A stretch of 17,189 bases of DNA from Candidatus Micrarchaeota archaeon (GTDB lineage Archaea > B1Sed10-29 > JAJRYS01): NCBI GenBank assembly GCA_964496415.1, contig CAZBZN010000014.1, positions 1 through 17,189 on the forward strand, in the 5' to 3' direction. The notes under the pieces were generated by a model. The model searched no databases. It was not told where the DNA came from and saw nothing but the letters and a program-made list of their open reading frames with translations. A program made the translations under genes and the position numbers. Numbering within the stretch: the first letter of the stretch is position 1; every line of letters begins with the position of its first letter. Below, in pieces: positions 1 to 5,944 of this stretch.

Positions 1-87
1 TCCTATATCCGCAAGCCGCTCACTGGACTGAAAGTCCTGTAAATGCAGGCTTTTTGAAGCTTGCATCGCGAGCCGTACGCGGCTGTA
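1..87. other. GC-rich, hairpin-rich non-coding segment next to the tRNA 3' end (possible structured RNA fragment or terminator structure, cut by the window edge)
   Basis: GC is clearly higher than the surrounding ~33% GC DNA. Nested inverted repeats are visible: gcaagc(10-15)...gcttgc(59-64) encloses ggact-gaa-agtcc, and agccg-tacg-cggct lies at ~71-84. No ORF. Strand and identity are unknown. Confidence 0.3.
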
Positions 88-161
88 TGGGAAGGGCGGG
101 ATTCGAACCCGCGACACCAAGGTCTTCAGCCTTGCGCTCTCCCAAGCTGAGCTACCTTCCC
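88..161 (-). tRNA. tRNA-Phe (anticodon GAA)
   Basis: The reverse complement reads GGGAAGG-TA-GCTC-AGCTTGGGA-GAGC-G-CAAGG-CTGAAGA-CCTTG-GTGTC-GCGGG-TTCGAAT-CCCGC-CCTTCCC-A. This is a perfect cloverleaf with a 7-bp acceptor stem, a TTCGAAT T-loop and anticodon GAA at positions 34-36. CCA is not encoded. It is 74 nt long. Confidence 0.9.
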
Positions 162-181
162 TTTGCTGGAGTTGGATGTCA

Positions 182-192
182 GGTTTTTTAAA
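182..192 (-). promoter_or_regulatory. TATA-like box (tttaaaaaacc on the minus strand) about 22-31 nt upstream of the tRNA-Phe 5' end
   Basis: AT-rich TATA-like motif at the archaeal promoter distance from the mature tRNA 5' end. Position evidence only. Confidence 0.35.
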
Positions 193-241
193 CTGCTTAT
201 TTAATATTGTTGATGGTTTTTAAACTTTTTATGGTGAGTGT

Positions 242-607
242 ATGAAGGTTAAAGTTTTTGACTCTCCTGTTTTTATTAATGCTTCAGAGCTTCCTGGAAA
301 GGGGCTTACTACTCCTGAGGTTTTGGGGGAGTTGAAGGATTTGAAGTCAAAGATGCTTGCAGAGGCTGGTGTTAAGAAAGGGATTGTAAGAGTGGTTTCT
401 CCTTCTAAGCAGGCTTTTGAGTATGTTATGAAGAAACTTAAGAACGTAGGGTTAAGCGAAGCTGATTTTTCAGTGCTTGCTCTTGCTTATGAGAGAAAAG
501 CTGTGCTTGTTACTGATGATTTTAATCTTCAGAACGCTGCGATGTTGTTAGGTTTAGAGGTTGAGCCAGTAGTGAGAGGGAGAATAAAGTTTATACGTGA
601 CGTTTAG
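242..607 (+). CDS. PIN-domain protein (VapC/Nob1-like predicted ribonuclease), 121 aa
   Basis: Acidic residues sit at PIN-like positions: an N-terminal FDSPVFI (Asp7), TPEVLGEL, SEADFSVLALA and LVTDDFNLQNAAMLLGLEV (the TDD...L...A..LG motif). A TATA-like tttttaaac lies at 217-225 for a leaderless ATG. No partner antitoxin ORF is visible. Confidence 0.6.
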   Translation: MKVKVFDSPVFINASELPGKGLTTPEVLGELKDLKSKMLAEAGVKKGIVRVVSPSKQAFEYVMKKLKNVGLSEADFSVLALAYERKAVLVTDDFNLQNAAMLLGLEVEPVVRGRIKFIRDV

Positions 608-1364
608 GTGGTTCTATTTCTTCTTCTCCTGAGAGGCTTTCAAGTATTATTTTTTTGACTTGTCTTCTGTAAACTGCTAGTAGTCCGATGATTATTATTA
701 TGACTGTTAGGTTAAGGGGGTCTGTTAGGAGTTCTTTTATTGAAGCTGTTAGGTCAAAGCTTTCACTTATCTTTTTTTCTCTTACGTATTCTATTTTTAA
801 TTCTTTTGCAGAAGTTCCTCCAGTCCATCTTATGATATTTCCACTTTTGAACCATGGGTTGGGTATTATGTTTGTTAAGTCTTCTTCTTTTATTCCTTTG
901 ATTTTTATTGTTAGGTCTGAGTCTATTGGAAGTGAGAATATTTTTGAGTTATTGTCATAGAATATTGTTTTATCTCCTTTTATTACCCAGTATTCATAGC
1001 GTCCTTTTTCTTGTTTTAGCTCTGCAAATTTTTCTACTTTGTAAGTTAACAGGATTTCATAACCAAACTGTCCGCCGCCTATTTTTGTTGCTGTTATCAT
1101 TAAGTCTTTTGGGTTGATGACGCTTGGTTTTATTATGCTGTAGAAGTTCTGCCAGGCTGTTAGGTTTGATGGGTTTTGTTTTGAAATGTTGTTGAATTCT
1201 TGTGCTTCTGTTTGGTTTAAGTCTATCAAGTATTTTTCATTAACAATTGCTGAGCCGTCTTCTAGGACTTCAATGCTTATATCTTGCGAGTAAAGTTTTT
1301 TCCCGAATCCTGCTTGGATTATTATTCCCAGCATGATGAGTGTTAGTAGTATTTTTGCTTTCAT
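591..1364 (-). CDS. Hypothetical secreted or surface protein with an N-terminal signal peptide and a C-terminal TM anchor, 257 aa
   Basis: The N-terminus MKAKILLTLIMLGIIIQAGFG is signal-peptide-like. A C-terminal hydrophobic stretch VIIIIIGLLAVY is followed by basic RRQVKK and an acidic tail. No recognisable catalytic motifs. It overlaps the PIN gene tail-to-tail by 17 nt. Confidence 0.55.
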   Translation of the reverse strand: MKAKILLTLIMLGIIIQAGFGKKLYSQDISIEVLEDGSAIVNEKYLIDLNQTEAQEFNNISKQNPSNLTAWQNFYSIIKPSVINPKDLMITATKIGGGQFGYEILLTYKVEKFAELKQEKGRYEYWVIKGDKTIFYDNNSKIFSLPIDSDLTIKIKGIKEEDLTNIIPNPWFKSGNIIRWTGGTSAKELKIEYVREKKISESFDLTASIKELLTDPLNLTVIIIIIGLLAVYRRQVKKIILESLSGEEEIEPPKRHV

Positions 1365-1453
1365 GTTTTGAATTTAAGTATGAGTTGAATTTAAAGCTTA
1401 GTTCTTTCAATAAGTTTAAAAACTTGGAATGATAATAAGCAGTTGGTGGTCTT

Positions 1454-1705
1454 ATGAAAGAAAAGGTTGGAAAAGTTACTCATTACTTTAGCAAGATAGG
1501 GGTTGCTGTGGTTGAGCTTGAAAAACCTCTGAAAGTTGGGGATAGGATTTCAATTGAAGGTCAGACGACTAATTTTGAGCAGGTTGTTGAGTCAATGCAG
1601 ATTGAGCATGAAAACATTCAGGAGGCTCAGCCAGGACAGTCAATTGGTTTGAAGGTTAATGATAAGGTAAGAGAAGGGGATTTAGTATTTAGGATTATGG
1701 AGTGA
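1454..1705 (+). CDS. Small beta-barrel protein resembling EF-Tu domain II, 83 aa
   Basis: The sequence KVGKVTHYFSKIGVAVVEL...VGDRISIEG...QVVESMQIEHE...QPGQSIGLKV...REGDLVF has the pattern of translation-factor domain 2 barrels (G.V..Y...gV.vv.l..G.l..GD.i...G......i.S.q.......A.aG..vg). A TATA-like box lies at ~1415-1422. This is a family-level guess only. Confidence 0.45.
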   Translation: MKEKVGKVTHYFSKIGVAVVELEKPLKVGDRISIEGQTTNFEQVVESMQIEHENIQEAQPGQSIGLKVNDKVREGDLVFRIME

Positions 1706-1707
1706 CT

Positions 1708-2601
1708 TTATAAGTCAATAACCATCAAGTCCTTTGCAGCAAGAGTGTTTTTAAAAACCTTTTTTGCTTCTTCTTCTAGTGTTTTTTCATTTTCATACCT
1801 AGCACTAAAATGAGTTAGGATTAATTGTTTTACTTGTGCTTTTTGTGCTATCATTGCAGCGTCTTTTGCAGTCATGTGAAAGTATTCATGGCTTTTTTCT
1901 TTTAGTTCATCTGAATGTGTTGCTTCACAGATTAGTACGTCGGCTTGTTTTACTTTTTCAATTATTTTTGGTATTGGAAGAGTGTCTACTACTACTGCTA
2001 TTTTTGTTCCAGGCTTTTTTGGTTTTGCTACTTGTTCTAAAGTTATTTTTTTTCCTTTGAATGTTATTTCTCCTTTTTCTTTCAGTTCTTTTAGTAAGGG
2101 TCCTTCTTTTAGTCCTAGTTTTTCGAATTTTTTCTTGTCAAGGTTTATTTCTCTCTTTTCTTCGAAGAGGTAACCGTAACATGGGGCTGAGTGTTTTAGT
2201 TCAAAAGCACTTATTATACAGTCTTGGTTTTCAAATATTTTCCCTTCTTTTACTTCTTTTGCTTTTATTTCAAACCCGAATTCAGTGTAGTCCCATGACT
2301 TGAAGAAGTTCACGTATTTTTTGATTTTTTCAGGCCCGTAAACTGTTAGTGGTTCTTTTCTTCCCAAGAAGTTCATTGTTTGTAGTAGTCCTGCTAATCC
2401 AAGTAAGTGGTCTGCGTGGATGTGAGTTATGAATACTGCTGTTATTTTAAAAGGGGATAATCCTGCTTTGAACATTTGTCTTTGTGTCCCTTCTCCGCAG
2501 TCAAATAAGAATCTGTTGTTTAAGTGTTGTAAGTGTATTGAAAAGAGGTTTCTTTCTTTTGTTGGAATGCTTGCGCTTGTTCCTAGGAAAGTGATTCTCA
2601 T
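1708..2601 (-). CDS. rnz: Ribonuclease Z (tRNase Z; metallo-beta-lactamase fold, tRNA 3' end processing)
   Basis: MRITFLGTSASIP...FDCGEGTQRQM...ITAVFITHIHADHLLGL (the HxHxDH motif). It is ~297 aa with a C-terminal LILTHFSARY region typical of the short-form RNase Z. Confidence 0.88.
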   Translation of the reverse strand: MRITFLGTSASIPTKERNLFSIHLQHLNNRFLFDCGEGTQRQMFKAGLSPFKITAVFITHIHADHLLGLAGLLQTMNFLGRKEPLTVYGPEKIKKYVNFFKSWDYTEFGFEIKAKEVKEGKIFENQDCIISAFELKHSAPCYGYLFEEKREINLDKKKFEKLGLKEGPLLKELKEKGEITFKGKKITLEQVAKPKKPGTKIAVVVDTLPIPKIIEKVKQADVLICEATHSDELKEKSHEYFHMTAKDAAMIAQKAQVKQLILTHFSARYENEKTLEEEAKKVFKNTLAAKDLMVIDL

Positions 2602-2666
2602 GCTTTAATTTATGACGATTGGTCTTTTAATAGTTGTTTGAGGATTTTTCATATTTAACCAAAACA

Positions 2667-2677
2667 TTTAAATATAC
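2667..2677 (+). promoter_or_regulatory. TATA box (tttaaatatac) for the RHH-tldD-pmbA operon, 21-31 nt upstream of ATG 2698
   Basis: Archaeal-type TATA sequence at the appropriate spacing for a leaderless or short-leader transcript. It sits in the divergent intergenic region shared with rnz. Confidence 0.4.
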
Positions 2678-2697
2678 ATATTACTTTTGTAACACAT

Positions 2698-2928
2698 ATG
2701 AAAGGAGATAGTAACACTATTGTAATACATGCTCGTGTGCCTGTTGGGTTGGTTGAAGAAGTGAAGCAGTTAATTGAAGCAGGTTATTATTCTAACTTAA
2801 GTGATGCTGTAAGGGAGGGATTAAGAAGGCTGATAAGTGAAAGTAAGAAGCCAATAGCTTCTCCTCCGATGCTTAATTTTCATGAACTGCCTCCAAAGAA
2901 AAAGCATAGGAAGGATAAAAAATGTTAG
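2698..2928 (+). CDS. Ribbon-helix-helix (CopG/NikR-N-like) DNA-binding protein with a basic, probably disordered C-terminal tail, 76 aa
   Basis: TIVIHARVPVGLVEEVKQLIEAGYYSNLSDAVREGLRRLI has a beta-strand then helix-turn-helix pattern, with a G-Y-x-N-[RL]-S-[ED]-A-[IV]-R motif as in CopG/NikR RHH domains. Its stop overlaps the tldD start (ATGTTAG). Confidence 0.65.
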   Translation: MKGDSNTIVIHARVPVGLVEEVKQLIEAGYYSNLSDAVREGLRRLISESKKPIASPPMLNFHELPPKKKHRKDKKC

Positions 2929-4265
2929 ACGTTGAAAAAGTATTTCATCTTTTTGAGTCAGTTCCTTTTGCTGACATAAGAATTTACGAGGCAGAGACAT
3001 CTTTTATAAAAATCAAGAACGGGGAAATAGAAGAGGTTGAGTCAGGAGCTTCTACTGGGTATGGAATTAGAGTATTGTATGATGGAAGTTTTGGTTTTGC
3101 ATCTTCTAATGATTTTTCAAAATTAAAAGAAGTTTTTGGGAAAGCAGTAAAGCTAGCAAAGTTGTCTTCAAAGAGAAGCATGAACATTAAGTTAAGTGAA
3201 GAAAAGACAATTGTTAAAGAGTTTAAGTTTAAGTCAGTTATTAATTTATCAGATTTTTCTCTTGAAGAAAAGATACCTATGGTGAAAGAAGTTAATTCTT
3301 TAATGAAGGCAGAAGGTCTTGCTGCTTTTTCAACTGTTTACCATGATTCTGTTTTTTCAAAGTATTACATTAATTCTGAAGGAGCTGAGTTAAGTTTTTC
3401 AGGGGACTATGTTTCAGTCTTTTGTTCTGCTACTGCAAAACAAAACGATAACAGACAAAGTTATTCTGAAGTTTTTGCAGGTCTTGGTGGTCTTGAGATC
3501 CTAAACCAAGCTAAGGAGAAAGCAAGAGAAGTAAGTGCTAATGCGTTGAGTCTGTTATCTGCTGAGAGGGTCAAGCCAGATAAGTATACTGTTGTTTTAG
3601 GTCCTAAAATGACTGGAACATTATGCCATGAGGCTTTGGGTCATGCTTGTGAAGCTGATTTTATAATTTCAGGAGAGTCAATTCTTAAAGGAAAGTTAGG
3701 AGAGGAGATAGGCTCTGATGAGGTCACGATTTATGATGACCCTTCAGGCAAGTTTAATGGTTCTTATCCATTCGATGACGAGGGGGTGGTTTCTCAAAAG
3801 ACAGTTTTAGTAGAGAAGGGTGTTTTAAAGAATTATCTTCATTCTCGTGAAACAGCAGGAAAGCTTGAGACTAATTCTACAGGGAATGCTCGTGCAGAGA
3901 GTGTTTATGAGTTTCCTTTAGTTAGAATGAGTAATGTCTTTTTTGAAAGAGGAAACTTTAAACTTGAAGAACTGCTTGAAGGAAGAGGAGTTTTTATTGA
4001 TGGTGTTAAAGCTGGTCAGACTTCAACTTCTCAAGGAACTTTTCAGTTTACTACTGAAAAAGGCTTTTATTTTGAAAACGGTGAATTTAAAAAGCCTTTG
4101 AGGGATGTTACTTTTTCAGGAGAAATCCTTTCAGTCCTTAAAAAAATAGTTGGTGTTGGAAAGGACTTTGATGTTTCTCCAGGAACTTGTGGAAAAGGAA
4201 GCCAACAGGTAAGAGTTAGTGATGGTGGTCCAAGTTTAAGACTTGAGGGGATTAGACTTGCTTAG
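2922..4265 (+). CDS. tldD: TldD-family metalloprotease (peptidase U62)
   Basis: HExxxH is present in CHEALGHACEAD. The GNARAES motif and the FPLVRMSNVFF region are characteristic of TldD. It is 447 aa and the ATG overlaps the RHH stop. Confidence 0.88.
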   Translation: MLDVEKVFHLFESVPFADIRIYEAETSFIKIKNGEIEEVESGASTGYGIRVLYDGSFGFASSNDFSKLKEVFGKAVKLAKLSSKRSMNIKLSEEKTIVKEFKFKSVINLSDFSLEEKIPMVKEVNSLMKAEGLAAFSTVYHDSVFSKYYINSEGAELSFSGDYVSVFCSATAKQNDNRQSYSEVFAGLGGLEILNQAKEKAREVSANALSLLSAERVKPDKYTVVLGPKMTGTLCHEALGHACEADFIISGESILKGKLGEEIGSDEVTIYDDPSGKFNGSYPFDDEGVVSQKTVLVEKGVLKNYLHSRETAGKLETNSTGNARAESVYEFPLVRMSNVFFERGNFKLEELLEGRGVFIDGVKAGQTSTSQGTFQFTTEKGFYFENGEFKKPLRDVTFSGEILSVLKKIVGVGKDFDVSPGTCGKGSQQVRVSDGGPSLRLEGIRLA

Positions 4266-5517
4266 TGAGTTAGAAACTCTTGTAAAAAAAGCAATGAACA
4301 AAGAAAAAGTTGACGGTGTAGAAGTTTACTGTAATGTAATTGAAGAAGTTACTCAAAGGACGATGCTTGACAAGATTGAATCTTCTGAGTATTCTTTAAC
4401 AACAGGATACAGTGTTAGGGTCTTGAAGGATGATATGATGGGTTTTGCTTATTTTGACAAGTTAAGTGACTTTGAAAAAGCAGTAAAGCATGCTAAGAAG
4501 AGTATGATTCCTTCTTATGGTTTTTGTTTTCCAAATGAAAGGTATGAGAAGGTGAAGCTTTTTGATAAGGAGGTGGTTGAGTTTTCTTTAGATGATGTTT
4601 ATGAAGTGATAAATAACGTGGTAAGTTTTTTTAATGGTAAAGAAGCTCGTTTGGTTCAAGCAGAAGTGAAGAAAGTAAGAGAAGAAACTTTTTTAGTTAA
4701 TTCAGAGGGGTTTTCAGGAAGTTATGATGATGCATTGGTTTCTTTTGAATTGTCTGTTCAGAAAGGAAGGAGTCTTTATTATGATGGTGAAGTATTCAAA
4801 CAGGTTCCTGACTTTAATGCTTTTACTGAAAAAGTTTATAATGATTGTCTTTTAACAGCTGAAGGTAAAAAAGTTTCTGGCGAGTATGATGTTATTTTTT
4901 CAAAGCAAGCTGTTGTTGAACTTGTAAACTATTTTTTAGGGAATGCTCTTGATGGAGAAGGAGTATTCTTTAAACAAAGTTTTTTCGAAGGAAAAATAGG
5001 GCAAGAAGTAGCTAGTTTTTCTATTTATGATAATCCTTTGTTGGATTATGGTGGTTTTTCTTATCCTTTTGATGATGAAGGAGTTAAAGCATTTAATAAA
5101 AAATTAATCGACAGAGGAGTGTTGAAACAGTTTATTTTTGACCTTAAGACCTCTTCAAGAATGAATACAACCCCAACAGGGAATGCTGTAAGAAGGGATT
5201 ATCAGTCTCTTCCTTCAATTGAACTTAGTAATGTTATTCTTGAGCCAATTGAAACAATAAGCCAAGAAGATGTTGATGGTTTGAAGGTGTTTAATTTTTT
5301 AGGCTTGTATGAAGCTAACCTGCTTTCAGGTGATTTTTCTTTTCAAGTTGACTCAGGATGCCTTATTGAAAAAGGAGAACCAGTAAAGCCTGTCAGTGGT
5401 TGTACTCTTGTAGGTAACTTTTTTGAAATGATCAAGCATGCAAAGTTTGTTAATGATTTTGGTAGGAAGTATAATTATTACGGACCTAGTTGGGTCGTAA
5501 AACTAAAGGTGGTGTGA
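4243..5517 (+). CDS. pmbA: PmbA/TldE-family protein (non-catalytic partner of TldD)
   Basis: It has the TldD-like fold with a PTGNAVRRD motif but lacks HExxxH. It lies immediately after and overlaps tldD. The first possible in-frame start after an upstream stop is TTG at 4243; an ATG at 4294 is an alternative. 424 aa. Confidence 0.82.
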   Translation: MRGLDLLSELETLVKKAMNKEKVDGVEVYCNVIEEVTQRTMLDKIESSEYSLTTGYSVRVLKDDMMGFAYFDKLSDFEKAVKHAKKSMIPSYGFCFPNERYEKVKLFDKEVVEFSLDDVYEVINNVVSFFNGKEARLVQAEVKKVREETFLVNSEGFSGSYDDALVSFELSVQKGRSLYYDGEVFKQVPDFNAFTEKVYNDCLLTAEGKKVSGEYDVIFSKQAVVELVNYFLGNALDGEGVFFKQSFFEGKIGQEVASFSIYDNPLLDYGGFSYPFDDEGVKAFNKKLIDRGVLKQFIFDLKTSSRMNTTPTGNAVRRDYQSLPSIELSNVILEPIETISQEDVDGLKVFNFLGLYEANLLSGDFSFQVDSGCLIEKGEPVKPVSGCTLVGNFFEMIKHAKFVNDFGRKYNYYGPSWVVKLKVV

Positions 5518-5540
5518 AAAAATAAAAAAAGAATAGCGCA
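5518..5540 (-). terminator. Oligo-T tract (ctttttttatttttt on the minus strand) downstream of the minus-strand Lys-rich gene
   Basis: Archaeal terminators are oligo-T runs. The plus strand reads aaaaataaaaaaag directly after the minus-gene stop at 5541-5543. Confidence 0.35.
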
Positions 5541-5816
5541 TTATTTTCTCTTTTTACTGGTTTTTTTCTTTGTTGTTTTTCTTTTGGTTGTTGTTTTCTT
5601 TTTCTTTGTTGTTTTTCTTTTGGTTGTTTTTTTCTTTGTTGTTCTTTTTTTCACTGTTTTCTTTTTAGCAGCTTTTTTCACTGTTTTTTTCTTAACTGTT
5701 TTTTTCTTTGTTGTTTTCTTTTTCACTGTCTTTTTGGTTGTTTTTTTCTTAACTGTCTTCTTTTTTGTTGTTTTCTTTTTAGTGGTTTTCTTTTTCGTAG
5801 TTTTTTTGGTCACCAT
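5541..5816 (-). CDS. Extremely basic Lys/Thr-rich low-complexity protein made of about 16 tandem [T-T/V-K-K-K] pentapeptide repeats, 91 aa (histone-H1-tail-like; possible nucleic-acid binder)
   Basis: The minus-strand ORF starts with ATG and ends with TAA. An oligo-T terminator follows and a TATA-like tttttaaataata lies ~40 nt upstream on the minus strand. The opposite-strand ORF (F/V-rich) is the mirror artefact. Coding is not proven; it could be a non-coding satellite. Confidence 0.4.
   Translation of the reverse strand: MVTKKTTKKKTTKKKTTKKKTVKKKTTKKTVKKKTTKKKTVKKKTVKKAAKKKTVKKRTTKKKTTKRKTTKKKKTTTKRKTTKKKTSKKRK
5560..5800. repeat. Tandem ~15-bp repeat array (ttttctttgttgttt / tttttcttttggttg variants), about 16 copies
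   Basis: A direct periodicity is visible in the sequence. It underlies the TTKKK pentapeptide repeat. There are no unique spacers, so it is not CRISPR. Confidence 0.7.
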
Positions 5817-5944
5817 TACGCATCACATCAAAATTTATGAAAAAAGTAAAACCACTATTATTTAAAAACTTTTTGATTTGATTGTTTGTTTTTTCAAGGT
5901 AAAAGTGAAAGTTTTAAGAAGCTGAAAAGGTTAAACTCTTATTC

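Noticed and set aside
1-87. A second tRNA or tRNA fragment at the 5' edge
   Set aside because: There is no GTTCGAATC-type T-arm or D-arm consensus on either strand. The hairpins do not form a cloverleaf. Kept only as an unclassified structured element.
242-607. PIN protein as the toxin of a VapBC toxin-antitoxin pair
   Set aside because: No antitoxin-sized ORF exists upstream or overlapping. The gene has its own TATA box directly after the tRNA promoter region.
688-1117. Plus-strand ORFs 688..960 and 908..1117 (hydrophobic or low-complexity)
   Set aside because: They lie entirely antisense to the well-supported 591..1364 surface-protein gene. Their F/L/I-rich composition is the typical mirror artefact of AT-rich coding DNA.
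88-1364. Integrated mobile element at the tRNA-Phe locus (tRNA genes are common integration targets)
   Set aside because: No integrase, transposase, direct repeat of the tRNA 3' end, or compositional island is visible downstream. The neighbouring genes are small housekeeping-like ORFs.
1836-2303. Plus-strand ORFs 1836..2060, 1982..2173 and 2061..2303
   Set aside because: Antisense to RNase Z, with leucine/phenylalanine-rich low-complexity translations. No independent signals.
2984-3187. Minus-strand ORF inside tldD
   Set aside because: Antisense to a strongly supported TldD coding region (HExxxH, GNAR motifs on the plus frame).
5560-5800. Possible CRISPR array (short tandem repeats)
   Set aside because: The repeats are ~15 bp and directly tandem, with no unique spacers. 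This is a minisatellite or coding pentapeptide repeat, not CRISPR.
5584-5865. Plus-strand F/V-rich 93-aa ORF over the 15-bp tandem repeat
   Set aside because: It is the mirror image of the Lys-rich minus-strand frame. The poly-F/V composition is implausible for a protein, and there are no start or promoter signals in the plus orientation.
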